From the IMG/VR virus record IMGVR_UViG_3300005825_000016: DNA of 64,000 bases. One strand, 5' to 3'. This document shows positions 25,663-34,456 of the stretch, one piece after another. This DNA comes from a virus. A program made the position numbers and the translations under genes. The notes beneath the pieces are model-generated. The model did not search any database. It was not told the origin of the DNA and saw only the letters and a list, made by a program, of their open reading frames with translations. How positions within the stretch are numbered: position 1 is the stretch's first letter; each line of letters begins with the position of its first letter.

Positions 25663-26345
25663 GCATCGCATGGACAGGTAAGGTAACCATGGTTCGGGCT
25701 GACTGGTCTGATGACGTGGGCAGCACCGTGACATTCAAGCTGCCCATGAACAATGACGCTCAGGACAAGCGTAATCCCTTTCACCAGTACACCAAGCGCC
25801 GGAAGGGTAGGGCTGGCACCCGGTTTATGATGGCCTGCCAGACCGATTCAGAGGCCGTCAGGCACGCGCTGTACGAAGATGAGGCGATGTTAGCGGGTTG
25901 GAATGATAGCCAGCAGAACGGGCACACGGTCAAGCTGTGGCTGTGTAACGATGGCATGGGTCACCCGTTTGAGGGCGTGGACCGTAAGCAGCAGCTATTG
26001 GTCTCCCTGATCGAGCTGGATGATGATCAAGCGCCGATTGACCAGAAGATGAGGGAGAAGGTCGAGCGGCAGGGAACGCGGCCCTCAGAGCGTCCCAGTT
26101 ACGGTGCCGTGATGTTGTGCAAGAACCCGGAGTTCCATAAGTGGATAGCACATGATGAGCGCGTGAAGCAGATCATGCGCGAGGGTGAGCATCCGGCAGA
26201 CTGGGAGAAGGTTGCGAAGGAGTGGATGTGTCGGGCGCTGGCAATGGAGTCTCGCTCTGAGTTGGATAAAAGCGAAGAGCTAAGGGTGCGTTACCACGAG
26301 ATAATTTATAAGCCATTCATGGCGACGCAGCAGCAACTATTTTAA
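25659..26345 (+). CDS. hypothetical protein
   Basis: ~228 aa, ATGA overlap with the primase stop. Confidence 0.6.
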   Translation: MSIAWTGKVTMVRADWSDDVGSTVTFKLPMNNDAQDKRNPFHQYTKRRKGRAGTRFMMACQTDSEAVRHALYEDEAMLAGWNDSQQNGHTVKLWLCNDGMGHPFEGVDRKQQLLVSLIELDDDQAPIDQKMREKVERQGTRPSERPSYGAVMLCKNPEFHKWIAHDERVKQIMREGEHPADWEKVAKEWMCRALAMESRSELDKSEELRVRYHEIIYKPFMATQQQLF

Positions 26346-26348
26346 GGG

Positions 26349-26825
26349 GTGATCGTGATGCCAAGGTACGAGACACGCGGTGATTTAGATAGGGAAGATT
26401 CCGTACTCAAAATTTTTTGTCTCAACATGAACTGCACCTACAAGAAGGTGAAAGAGCTTGATGACTATTCACCAGACGCATCGTTTTGGCGTAGCGGTGA
26501 GCGTGTTGCGATTGGTGAGGTAAAGGTTCGCACCTGCACAATGGATGACTTCACCACGTACATGATCAGCAAGGCGAAGGTCGATAGCTTGATTAACCGA
26601 TGGCATCCGCTGCCTATTTTCTTGATTGTGAAATGGAAGGACAGCGGCATTCATTGGGTTAAGCTGTCAGATGACACTACGTGTAACTGGCACGTAATGA
26701 ATGGTGGCAGAGTGGATCGAGGCGATAAGAAAGACATAGAGCCTTGCTACCACATTCCAATTGGCGAATTTATCAGGGTGAAATTTGATGGTGTCAGTGA
26801 GTCAGCACGAGAAGAATCTGCGTGA
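26349..26825 (+). CDS. PD-(D/E)XK nuclease-like protein
   Basis: YSPDASF...IGEVKVR...YMISKAK. Confidence 0.6.
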   Translation: MIVMPRYETRGDLDREDSVLKIFCLNMNCTYKKVKELDDYSPDASFWRSGERVAIGEVKVRTCTMDDFTTYMISKAKVDSLINRWHPLPIFLIVKWKDSGIHWVKLSDDTTCNWHVMNGGRVDRGDKKDIEPCYHIPIGEFIRVKFDGVSESAREESA

Positions 26826-27159
26826 GCTGCGATGCGTTGTTACGAACAACCCGCAGGTGACGCTTCATCACTGCCACGGAGCGTCCATGAAAGAGATGGG
26901 CTGGCACGTTGGCATGGGCCAGAAACAAAACCCGTTCCTTCAGATTCCACTGAAGGCTGACTATCACACTGGAGACATGGGTGTTGACAGGATCGGGGTG
27001 GAGACGTGGGAAGAAAGGTTTGGAAGACAGTGGGATTATCTGGTGGGGGTGAATGACCTTTTGCCATACAACATTTTTGCGGAGGCAGTGCGATGGGAAG
27101 AGGAAAACCGAAAGGGCCAGCTAAATACCACAACAAGAAGGTCCACTGGGGAGACATGA
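26785..27159 (+). CDS. Ref/DUF968-like HNH-type nuclease
   Basis: LRELRCVV...VTLHHCHG...QIPLKADYHTG...GVETWEERFG. Confidence 0.7.
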   Translation: MMVSVSQHEKNLRELRCVVTNNPQVTLHHCHGASMKEMGWHVGMGQKQNPFLQIPLKADYHTGDMGVDRIGVETWEERFGRQWDYLVGVNDLLPYNIFAEAVRWEEENRKGQLNTTTRRSTGET

Positions 27160-27452
27160 AGTTCGACTCCATCAGGGAGTTCGAGCGGTATCAGGAATTG
27201 GCGCTTCTTCAGAAGGCTGGGGTCATTAAAAACCTTGAGCATCAAGTAAGGATCAAACTGACATGCGGTGGTAATGCGGTTCTGTCAAAGAAGGGCAGGC
27301 AGTTCGCTTACGTGGTTGACTTCAGGTACTGGGATAATGAGCTGCGGCGGCAGCGCTTCGAAGATGTGAAGGGCTTCAATACGCCATTTGGTGATATTAA
27401 GATCGCCATGGTCGAAGCTGAATCTGGTATTGAGATAGAAATTGTGAGATAG
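27093..27452 (+). CDS. DUF1064 family putative endonuclease
   Basis: KYHNKKV...FDSIREFERYQEL...YVVDFRY...EDVKG. Confidence 0.85.
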   Translation: MGRGKPKGPAKYHNKKVHWGDMKFDSIREFERYQELALLQKAGVIKNLEHQVRIKLTCGGNAVLSKKGRQFAYVVDFRYWDNELRRQRFEDVKGFNTPFGDIKIAMVEAESGIEIEIVR

Positions 27453-27520
27453 TCGAGAGACCTGTTCATGGGTCAAACTTTGTCAGGTCCATTGTTTTTC
27501 TTCAAATGTTGGTATGAGTT

Positions 27521-27550
27521 GGGGTCACCTATCTGGTGACCCCTTTTTTT
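27521..27550 (+). terminator. Rho-independent terminator ending the replication operon
   Basis: GGGGUCACC-UAUCU-GGUGACCCC + U7. Confidence 0.85.
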
Positions 27551-27551
27551 A

Positions 27552-28097
27552 TTACCCAACGGATCGCAGCTTGGTGGCTGGTGTTGCGGCTCTCATGCAA
27601 TCTATGAATGCTTCCGTGCTGTTATCCCATCGTCCACTATCTTGTTTGCTTGCACCGTGAGCTTCAAGAGCACGCTTGACGATTTCGTACTGTTCAGCAT
27701 TGACGGTGAAATTGATTTGCCGTTTGTTTTTTAGCAGCGCTTCGATGGCGTTACCAACAGCCCGGACACCAACCTTGGTTTTGGCATTTGGCAGGTATTC
27801 AGAGACCCGTGTGAAGCTGAACTCATAGATGAGATTGAGTGCTTCTGTTTTGTTGTAGCCGAGTCGTTTGAAGTGACGGTAGGTGTGCAGGTACTTAAGT
27901 GCGGTTCCTGACGTGAAGGACATTTCTTCGGTTATCATATGTCCGAACGACTGGTAACCAAGTATCTCCCATAGTTTGCCATGTTCGATGGATGACATGA
28001 TCTGTCCCATCTCAAAGAAGGCTCCTGTCGTCTGCTCATCAAGTGAGATCAGGCGATCAAGTAGGTTCTCCGCGTATTGTCTTGGTGACATTGACAT
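27552..28097 (-). CDS. hypothetical protein
   Basis: 181 aa with SD AGGAG. Confidence 0.6.
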   Translation of the reverse strand: MSMSPRQYAENLLDRLISLDEQTTGAFFEMGQIMSSIEHGKLWEILGYQSFGHMITEEMSFTSGTALKYLHTYRHFKRLGYNKTEALNLIYEFSFTRVSEYLPNAKTKVGVRAVGNAIEALLKNKRQINFTVNAEQYEIVKRALEAHGASKQDSGRWDNSTEAFIDCMRAATPATKLRSVG

Positions 28098-28107
28098 TAT
28101 TTTCTCC

Positions 28108-28323
28108 TTACTCTGCTGGTATTGGTTTATAAAAATCTAACGCTGCTTGTATGTCAAAATTGAAATCAACGGCAAGTCTGCGAAAGGCTAGGTTGCAATC
28201 TTCGATGGTGCCTACGTTGTTCCACGCTTCGCGAGCCTCTTCGATTGTAATTGACACATCGCCTAATCCACTTTCTGATTGTTTAGTTATGTGTCCGTTC
28301 TTGGTATTGAAGTTGACGATCAT
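28108..28323 (-). CDS. hypothetical protein
   Basis: Start moved to ATG 28323 (GGAG upstream, downstream of the terminator). Confidence 0.5.
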   Translation of the reverse strand: MIVNFNTKNGHITKQSESGLGDVSITIEEAREAWNNVGTIEDCNLAFRRLAVDFNFDIQAALDFYKPIPAE

Positions 28324-28334
28324 TTTGTTTCTCC

Positions 28335-28376
28335 AAAAAAAGACCCGGACCAGCAGCACGTCTGATCCGGGTTTTT
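28335..28376 (-). terminator. terminator hairpin after the DUF932 gene
   Basis: ACCCGGA/UCCGGGU stem with U-tract on the minus strand. Confidence 0.65.
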
Positions 28377-28378
28377 AG

Positions 28379-29488
28379 TTACGCCGCTTTCGCGATGCGT
28401 TCCCACTGGCTGGTTGGGAGTTCGATGATGTTGCCGCCGACTCGCTCCAGCTCTACCTGACGCTCGTAAGACACGTCAGCACTTTGTGCATAGTGAGTGA
28501 TAGCCCACTGCATTCCGAACTGGCTCAGGTCGCCACCTTTGATCAGAGAGGCGAGAATACCTTCCTGCTCATTCTCGGTGAGGTTCGGCAGCTCCTTGAT
28601 AGCAAGGGACGGCTTTATGATCTCTGTGCCATTCATCTTAGCTTCGCACTCAGCGACCATTTTCTCGAACATGGTGCCATCGAGTCCGGCCTGTACCAAG
28701 TCAGCTACCTGCATCCAGAATGCGCGATCACTTGCAGTCTTGGTTGCATCGGTGAACAGCTCGAACAGAGCATCCTGATCAGACAGCTTCTTGCCAACGT
28801 GGTACTTGCGCATCGCGTTGCTGCCGACGATCAGCAGGTTTGAGCAATCACGCTCGTGGATACCCGGCTCTACAGCCAGAGAACCAGCACCGACTTCGGA
28901 GTTCGACAGGCAGATGCCCGGTGAGAATCTGTGAATCGGGTTGTGGCCACCGTCACCAAGGAATGTGCCAGCTTTCTTAACGGTGCGCTCAACGCCGGGA
29001 ATCTTGCCTTTGATGTACAGGCGCGTCTCGGTGATGTCGCAGGACGTTACTTCAGCGTTGAATTCCATCAGCTTCGGCAGCACGGCATTCGCGAAGTCGA
29101 AGTTATCGAGTGGACGGTACTTGTCTGACATGTAGGCACGAACCTGACCATCCAGTGTGCGAATCATGCGGTCAGCAGGCTCGCGCTCGAACAGTTGGTT
29201 TACGTTCCATGCAAGCATGTCCGGGTGATCTTCTGTGAGACGATCAACGAACTGTGCGGGGATTTTCAACTGGGTGCCGATTTGCCTGATGGCGTGCTTC
29301 TTGATGGGGAAGCTGTCTACGGTTCCGACCTTCATAGTCAGGTTGGTTGGTGAGTTGCTATCGGCTTCTACCGTCAGCTGCTTGGTGTCGGCAACGAAGT
29401 CGCGCTTAGCATTCTTCTGCCGGGTGAGTTCAGCTGCCATCTGTTCCAATGACATGCCTTTGATGGTGTTATTCGTAACTGATTTCAT
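28379..29488 (-). CDS. DUF932-like protein
   Basis: SLEQMAAELTRQKNAKRDFVADT...RAYMSDKYRPLDN...SNSEVGAGS...CSNL. Confidence 0.75.
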   Translation of the reverse strand: MKSVTNNTIKGMSLEQMAAELTRQKNAKRDFVADTKQLTVEADSNSPTNLTMKVGTVDSFPIKKHAIRQIGTQLKIPAQFVDRLTEDHPDMLAWNVNQLFEREPADRMIRTLDGQVRAYMSDKYRPLDNFDFANAVLPKLMEFNAEVTSCDITETRLYIKGKIPGVERTVKKAGTFLGDGGHNPIHRFSPGICLSNSEVGAGSLAVEPGIHERDCSNLLIVGSNAMRKYHVGKKLSDQDALFELFTDATKTASDRAFWMQVADLVQAGLDGTMFEKMVAECEAKMNGTEIIKPSLAIKELPNLTENEQEGILASLIKGGDLSQFGMQWAITHYAQSADVSYERQVELERVGGNIIELPTSQWERIAKAA

Positions 29489-29532
29489 GATCTTCTCCTA
29501 AGCAAGCGGCACAACGCCGCCATGTGTGATGC

Positions 29533-29576
29533 AGTATGGGCGAAACTGAAAGTAAAGTCAACACCTACTGGTAAAA
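29533..29576 (-). promoter_or_regulatory. sigma70 promoter with degenerate operator
   Basis: TTGACT (29561-29556)-17 nt-CATACT; CACCTACTG at 29562-29570 in the same position as the other operators. Confidence 0.6.
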
Positions 29577-29598
29577 TAATATCAGTAGGTGTTATATC

Positions 29599-30237
29599 TT
29601 ATACCTCACAGTTACTTACAGCGTCTTGCATGTTACCGACTGCGTTGCTGATATATTCTTCGATACCCTCAACCCATTCAGCGTGCGCTTCTTGATACTC
29701 GCTGCTCTCTGTTGACTCGACTTCGCCGTCACCAGAACAATTCAAGCATTCTTCTTCCGGGTCTTCCGGGTCTTCGTAACCGCGACCTTCACAGTCCGGG
29801 CACTCTTCCTTATCGAGTTCAAAGTCAGACTCATCGGGTGCGTCTTCATACTCATCAATGTTTTCGATTTCACTAATGGCATTTTCGATGGCATCGACAC
29901 GCTCCTGTAGTAATTCACCAGTTGGCGAGTACTGCAACGAGTCAGGCATGTTGTCCAAGCTGCTCTGAGTTTCGTCGCGCAGGTTTTCCAGTTCGCTTAC
30001 GATTTCGTCACGCAAGCCGATAACGGCATCGCTATCATCTGGCTGTGAGTCTTCAATCTGTTCGCACAATGATCGTACGGTGCTGTAGTAGGTTGATTGT
30101 GTTAGTTGAGATGAGCGCGGTGCTTTCTTTGAATACCGCTTGCCGCCATAACGAAACTTCCACCAGTAATATGGTTCGCCGCGTTTCGCTGCCGGGTTGT
30201 CTTTCCGGGCTTTCTTTACAAAGTGTACTCTTGGCAT
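29599..30237 (-). CDS. conserved phage protein with DnaJ-type CxxCxGxG Zn finger
   Basis: MPRVHFVKKARK...YYWWKFRYG; CPDCEGRG...CLNCSGDG. Confidence 0.65.
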   Translation of the reverse strand: MPRVHFVKKARKDNPAAKRGEPYYWWKFRYGGKRYSKKAPRSSQLTQSTYYSTVRSLCEQIEDSQPDDSDAVIGLRDEIVSELENLRDETQSSLDNMPDSLQYSPTGELLQERVDAIENAISEIENIDEYEDAPDESDFELDKEECPDCEGRGYEDPEDPEEECLNCSGDGEVESTESSEYQEAHAEWVEGIEEYISNAVGNMQDAVSNCEV

Positions 30238-30252
30238 GATGCTTCTCCTTGA

Positions 30253-30279
30253 GGGAAGGGGAGCTTGCGCTCCCCACCC
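30253..30279 (-). other. intergenic GNRA hairpin
   Basis: GGGGAGC-GCAA-GCUCCCC between two leftward genes, no U-tract. Confidence 0.5.
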
Positions 30280-30282
30280 AGC

Positions 30283-30558
30283 CTATGCGAACAGTCGCGT
30301 TTGAATTGCGGCTGCTTCTTTCAGTGTTGCCAGCTCAGCTGCCGTCAAGATCGCAGCACGGCTTTCGCCTGCGCTGGTCAGGACAGAATCACCGTCGCTG
30401 ATGGTCGTGGATCGAACGTCTGGTGCTTTTGCTATTTCAACACCAAGTTCATTTGCCAACTTAAGAACAGCGTCTTCAGCAGACAGTCCAGTTTGTGCGA
30501 GCACACCGTTGATTAAAGATTCCTTGGTGACTCCTAGCGCTTCAAGATTAAGGTTCAT
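30283..30558 (-). CDS. hypothetical protein
   Basis: 91 aa, SD AGGAG. Confidence 0.55.
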   Translation of the reverse strand: MNLNLEALGVTKESLINGVLAQTGLSAEDAVLKLANELGVEIAKAPDVRSTTISDGDSVLTSAGESRAAILTAAELATLKEAAAIQTRLFA

Positions 30559-30567
30559 TGTCTTCTC

Positions 30568-30849
30568 CTACACAGCCTTACTTAGTTGAGACAAAAATGA
30601 CTTGGCTGCTTTAGTCATCCCTGTCCGTTTTCCGAACTCCCGGTATTGCCGGGTAATTGTCTTGATGGATTTTGACTTCCCATTCTGAATCACGTCGCTC
30701 AGGTAGCGTTGTTCCGAAAGTGGAACTTTCTTCACTACCAGACCGCTGTGATCCATCATTAACATCTGGAAGTATTTCCTTCCTGTCTCTCCGATAAGCA
30801 CGGTCTTCACGCCATGATCGGTACGATAGTTTTTCAATTCGAAGTTCAT
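30568..30849 (-). CDS. hypothetical protein
   Basis: 93 aa, SD AGGA. Confidence 0.55.
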   Translation of the reverse strand: MNFELKNYRTDHGVKTVLIGETGRKYFQMLMMDHSGLVVKKVPLSEQRYLSDVIQNGKSKSIKTITRQYREFGKRTGMTKAAKSFLSQLSKAV

Positions 30850-30860
30850 AGTCGTCTTCC

Positions 30861-31100
30861 TTAGTCACGATTGATCTCGGTGACAATCCACCCGAATGAT
30901 GACCAACGACCTTCTGTTGGAAACCAAAAGTTGTTACGAGATGTGTGCGACAATTCGATTTCACGGTGTTCTATGATAGATGGATTCATGTTGTTAGAAT
31001 CATCTGGATAAACAGGAAAGCATTCATCGTAGCGGAGCATGTCGTAAGGAAATGTACCGCGCCCTGCGACAGTAAACCGTGTGTGGAAATTATTTTTCAT
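30861..31100 (-). CDS. hypothetical protein
   Basis: MKNNFHTRFTVAGRGTFPYDMLRYDECFP; start moved to ATG 31100, downstream of the promoter. Confidence 0.6.
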   Translation of the reverse strand: MKNNFHTRFTVAGRGTFPYDMLRYDECFPVYPDDSNNMNPSIIEHREIELSHTSRNNFWFPTEGRWSSFGWIVTEINRD

Positions 31101-31129
31101 GACGATCTCCATTCCTAAGTGGAAAAGCG

Positions 31130-31200
31130 AATTTAGCACATACTGTGAAAAAGTCAACACTAAGTGTGAATATAGTAAACATACCACTGAGTGATAAAGT
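31130..31200. promoter_or_regulatory. divergent promoter region with two operators
   Basis: Minus strand TTGACT (31157-31152)-16 nt-TAAATT; CACTAAGTG 31158-31166 and CACTGAGTG 31185-31193; rightward -10-like TATAGT/TAAAGT. Confidence 0.65.
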
Positions 31201-31216
31201 TCGATAAACTCTGTTT

Positions 31217-31837
31217 ATGACACCAAAAAAACGAGAGTTCGCAAGGCTTTACGCGCAGAGCAATAAGGTTGCTGAGGCAGCGCGTGGGGCTGGGTATTCT
31301 GAGATATACGCTGCGAAAAGAGCGTCTATCTTATTGAATGATCCAGAGGTGATAGCTGAAGTGAAGCGCATTCGCGAGCGCCTGAACCAGACAGCAGAAA
31401 AGAACGCTACCGATGTGGTAAATGAGTTTTCAAAAATAGCATTTTCTGATCGCGTAGATTTCTTGAAGGAAGACCCATATAACCCCGGCGAGTTCATTTA
31501 CAAATCACCTGATGAATTGACCGCTGATCAACGGGCTGTTGTTGAAAAAGTAACTTACTCGTCAGAACAAATTGCTATCACCGAAAATGGTGAGGTGCGA
31601 AAAGTCTGGGTGAAGAACTACAACTATGTGTTCTCGGATAAATCAAAAGCGCTTGAGCAGATGGGCAGGCACTTCGGGATTTTTGATGACAAGCTACGAC
31701 TCACTGGTGCTACGCAAAACGCATTCAAGAACGTATCACCAGAACAGCTACAGCAACTGAAAGAGTCATTCGTAAAGACAATGAATAGCGTAAGCCTGAT
31801 TGAGGGCACATACGAAGAGGTGAAGAATGGCAGGTAA
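31217..31837 (+). CDS. terS: terminase small subunit
   Basis: MTPKKREFARLY...AARGAGYSE..A...LLNDPEV; DKSKALEQMGRHFGIF. Confidence 0.88.
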   Translation: MTPKKREFARLYAQSNKVAEAARGAGYSEIYAAKRASILLNDPEVIAEVKRIRERLNQTAEKNATDVVNEFSKIAFSDRVDFLKEDPYNPGEFIYKSPDELTADQRAVVEKVTYSSEQIAITENGEVRKVWVKNYNYVFSDKSKALEQMGRHFGIFDDKLRLTGATQNAFKNVSPEQLQQLKESFVKTMNSVSLIEGTYEEVKNGR

Positions 31838-32078
31838 GACATGCTATCTCATGGTCAGGGATATCCCCGGCCAAGAGGATGAAGCAGGATTGGAATGGGG
31901 TGTGGATTTTGGGTTAGCTGAAGGTGAGGAATTGCCAGCTGATGTCGAAAAGCTAACTGAAGCGCAATTTACGGTCTTCCGGTTTATGCAGACTCTCAGG
32001 GGTACGTTCGAAGAGGCTGGAGGGAAAGTGATTATGGGTGATGCGCCATCTGGATTAGTGTTTCCAAAGGGTTCATAA
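31827..32078 (+). CDS. hypothetical protein
   Basis: 83 aa, overlaps the terS stop. Confidence 0.55.
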   Translation: MAGKTCYLMVRDIPGQEDEAGLEWGVDFGLAEGEELPADVEKLTEAQFTVFRFMQTLRGTFEEAGGKVIMGDAPSGLVFPKGS

Positions 32079-32114
32079 TAGTAGGGCAGGGGTGCAACTA
32101 TAGGAGAATTACGT

Positions 32115-32585
32115 GTGGCATTCCTTAAATTTTCTGAATGGCATTCAGCCGTGAAAACTGGTGTAGCTGTAATCGGCACTTTTAGCGCGATTATTGGTAT
32201 CTATGTTGGGTTTGACGCATGGGCTTCCGATAAAATCGAAGATCGCGTTTCTGAAACTGAGTTAGCAGTTATCAAGTCGCAGGCCGAGATTCAGGCTCGT
32301 AATGAAATTGATCATGACAAGATAACGCAGCGCACGCGAATCGTTGAAGCAGCAGCTGGAATTAGTGTTACTGACTTGCAGCTGCAAATTCTTGAAGAAG
32401 AAATCGCAGAGCGCGAAGAGCAGGGCTTACCACCAACAGCAAGACAGCAACTTAAAATGGATCGACTGTTGAAGGTTACTGAGACTTATACAGCGATTCA
32501 AACTGACGCAACTGAGAAGTTGACCAAGACAGCCAGCAGCACCATAACAACGACAACGACTACAACAACGGAACCAGAAGAATGA
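32115..32585 (+). CDS. membrane-anchored coiled-coil protein
   Basis: N-terminal TM, poly-Thr tail, SD AGGAG. Confidence 0.6.
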   Translation: MAFLKFSEWHSAVKTGVAVIGTFSAIIGIYVGFDAWASDKIEDRVSETELAVIKSQAEIQARNEIDHDKITQRTRIVEAAAGISVTDLQLQILEEEIAEREEQGLPPTARQQLKMDRLLKVTETYTAIQTDATEKLTKTASSTITTTTTTTTEPEE

Positions 32586-32679
32586 GAAAGGGGTTCAAGA
32601 TTTTTATTGGCGTGCTGCTTATTGCGATGTTGGTAATGATTGTTGGTCCGGTTATTCCCCAGCTGTTTATCATGAAGTA

Positions 32680-32970
32680 ATGGCTTACAAACCAAGTGAA
32701 GTTTTCTGGGCACCGAAGAGCTTTCAATCAGCGCAACGGTGTCGATGTAAATATCATTCTGATCTGCTTGGCTTTAACGTCTGGGTATCAACGGACTGGA
32801 AGCGACAAGACGAAGGACTAGGTAATGATCGGTATGAGGTCCGTGCTACAGCGACTTCAGAGTGGTGTCGCAAGGAGCATGGTGGAGCCACTGACGACAG
32901 GGTGATCACCAAGAATTCTTGGGATAATGCCGCACCACTGGTTAATTGGGATTTCTTTCCGAATATATGA
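32680..32970 (+). CDS. hypothetical protein
   Basis: 96 aa in the operon. Confidence 0.5.
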   Translation: MAYKPSEVFWAPKSFQSAQRCRCKYHSDLLGFNVWVSTDWKRQDEGLGNDRYEVRATATSEWCRKEHGGATDDRVITKNSWDNAAPLVNWDFFPNI

Positions 32971-33326
32971 GCGGCTATTCAATCAATCTTGACTACTTAT
33001 GTCGCAATAGGAACTTCTCTCCAGAGCAAGTGGTATCCTCTGATTTGGTAGTACCAAGTGGCGCTGTACCGAATTCAATGTTGTTGTGGATACGGATTGA
33101 ATTATCGAGTGGTGACCGCAGATTTTTGACCCTACCTCTGGTTGAATTTCACAAGTACGTGAGTCTGCCAGAGTCTTCTATTGGTGGGTGGACAGATGGC
33201 AGCAGAGGATCAGATAGTTCAGGACTTGACGCCCGGTATGCGAATTACAATTCAGGGGGCGGCGAAGAGATACCAGATGAGTTACAGCAGCGCACAAAAA
33301 GCGTTGCGGCGGCTGTGGATGAATGA
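32967..33326 (+). CDS. hypothetical protein
   Basis: ATGA overlap; 3' part overlaps the next gene by ~130 nt. Confidence 0.4.
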   Translation: MSGYSINLDYLCRNRNFSPEQVVSSDLVVPSGAVPNSMLLWIRIELSSGDRRFLTLPLVEFHKYVSLPESSIGGWTDGSRGSDSSGLDARYANYNSGGGEEIPDELQQRTKSVAAAVDE

Positions 33327-33393
33327 GTTCATCAGCAGAGAGAAACGAGGAAGGGGGTTGGAGTACGAAGGTAAGCAAGAGCGCTTAGTGTAA
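33196..33393 (+). CDS. small winged-HTH DNA-binding protein
   Basis: ITIQGAAKRYQMSYSSAQKALRRL...ISREKRGRG. Confidence 0.6.
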   Translation: MAAEDQIVQDLTPGMRITIQGAAKRYQMSYSSAQKALRRLWMNEFISREKRGRGLEYEGKQERLV

Positions 33394-33396
33394 TAA

Positions 33397-34215
33397 TTGG
33401 AGAAGACAATGACTATCAAGACAAGATTAGCATGGCAAGTAAGCCTCGGATTGCTCTTTGTTCTTTCGTGGGTATGCATTCCAGCATTCGCGAATGGTAA
33501 TGAGAACGGGCACGAGAATGGTAACGGTCACAAGAGAGAGCAGACCCCACCAACTCAGGTGCAGGGTCAGGGACAAGTTCAGGGTCAGGTACAGGGTCAG
33601 ATGCAGGGCCAGACTACTGATGTTGATGTAACGGCTCAGGGCGGCAATGCACAGGGTGGCGCAGCGTATGCAACAGCCACTGGTGGTGAGGCGCAGTCGA
33701 ATGCGATATCGGGCGCGAATAATGAAGGGATTGATATTGACGCCAGCGATAACAGCCGCATTGAAAATAACAGTTCGAATGTAGTATTAGTTCCAAATAA
33801 CAACACAGAGAATTGTTTGCGTGTCTGGGGTATTGCGTGGGGCGAAAGTGGTAAGTCAGGGGCACTTGGTGTGCCATGGCGTAGCAAGAAGTGCGACACC
33901 GAGGCTGCTGCTGATGACGCATTTGCAGCTGGCGAGCGTGAGCTTGGCTGGTTCTGGAAGTGCGAAAACCCAAACCTGTATAAGTCATTCAAGGAGAAAG
34001 GCGAGACCGCTGATTCCGCGAAGGCAGACTGCTTGAGCAAGATGCTTGGTGGGGTTACTGCTGTTAAAACGATAAGTACGCTTACAGAGAAGCTGGAGTT
34101 ATCTGAGGAACTGCGGGAGATCGAGCGTAACAATAACAGGGCTACGGTGGCTAAGATGCAGGAGCTGTGCGATGAGGCTAATGAGCGCACTTTAGAGGCT
34201 TGTGTGGCAAAATAA
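33397..34215 (+). CDS. secreted protein with Gln-Gly repeats
   Basis: Signal peptide (...CIPAFA), QVQGQGQVQGQVQGQMQGQ at 33556-33612, Cys pairs, C-terminal coiled coil. Confidence 0.7.
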   Translation: MEKTMTIKTRLAWQVSLGLLFVLSWVCIPAFANGNENGHENGNGHKREQTPPTQVQGQGQVQGQVQGQMQGQTTDVDVTAQGGNAQGGAAYATATGGEAQSNAISGANNEGIDIDASDNSRIENNSSNVVLVPNNNTENCLRVWGIAWGESGKSGALGVPWRSKKCDTEAAADDAFAAGERELGWFWKCENPNLYKSFKEKGETADSAKADCLSKMLGGVTAVKTISTLTEKLELSEELREIERNNNRATVAKMQELCDEANERTLEACVAK

Positions 34216-34236
34216 TCTTTCACACTGAGTGAGAAG

Positions 34237-34389
34237 ATGTTATCATCTAATGGTAAAGCAGAAGCTGAGTATCAGTGCCTGCTTTGCCATTTTTTTTGGT
34301 CGCAAAAGCCTGAAATTGTCAGGTGTAAAAGATGCGGTCATATGTATGTTCAGTGGGTGAATTATGAAGAATGGAAAGAATGTCGCTAA
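34237..34389 (+). CDS. 50-aa Zn-ribbon protein (not in ORF track)
   Basis: YQCLLCHFFW...RCKRCGHMY; follows operator 34223-34231; stop overlaps the tRNA 5' end. Confidence 0.55.
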   Translation: MLSSNGKAEAEYQCLLCHFFWSQKPEIVRCKRCGHMYVQWVNYEEWKECR

Positions 34390-34456
34390 GGCCGATCATG
34401 GGATGGCAAGGGCTTTCAATCCCCGGAGCCGGGTTCGAGTCCCGGTAGCGACTCCA
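34382..34456 (+). tRNA. atypical tRNA, Glu(UUC)-like with a defective anticodon stem
   Basis: GUCGCUA/UAGCGAC acceptor, GCCG/UGGC D stem, CCGGG-UUCGAGU-CCCGG T arm, U73 and encoded CCA; anticodon region AAGGG-CUUUCAA-UCCCC pairs poorly; A at position 8. Confidence 0.7.

Noticed and set aside
34382-34456. Genome-wide UGA recoding implied by the possible UCA anticodon
   Set aside because: Many genes end in TGA with ATGA overlaps, and long genes are intact under the standard code
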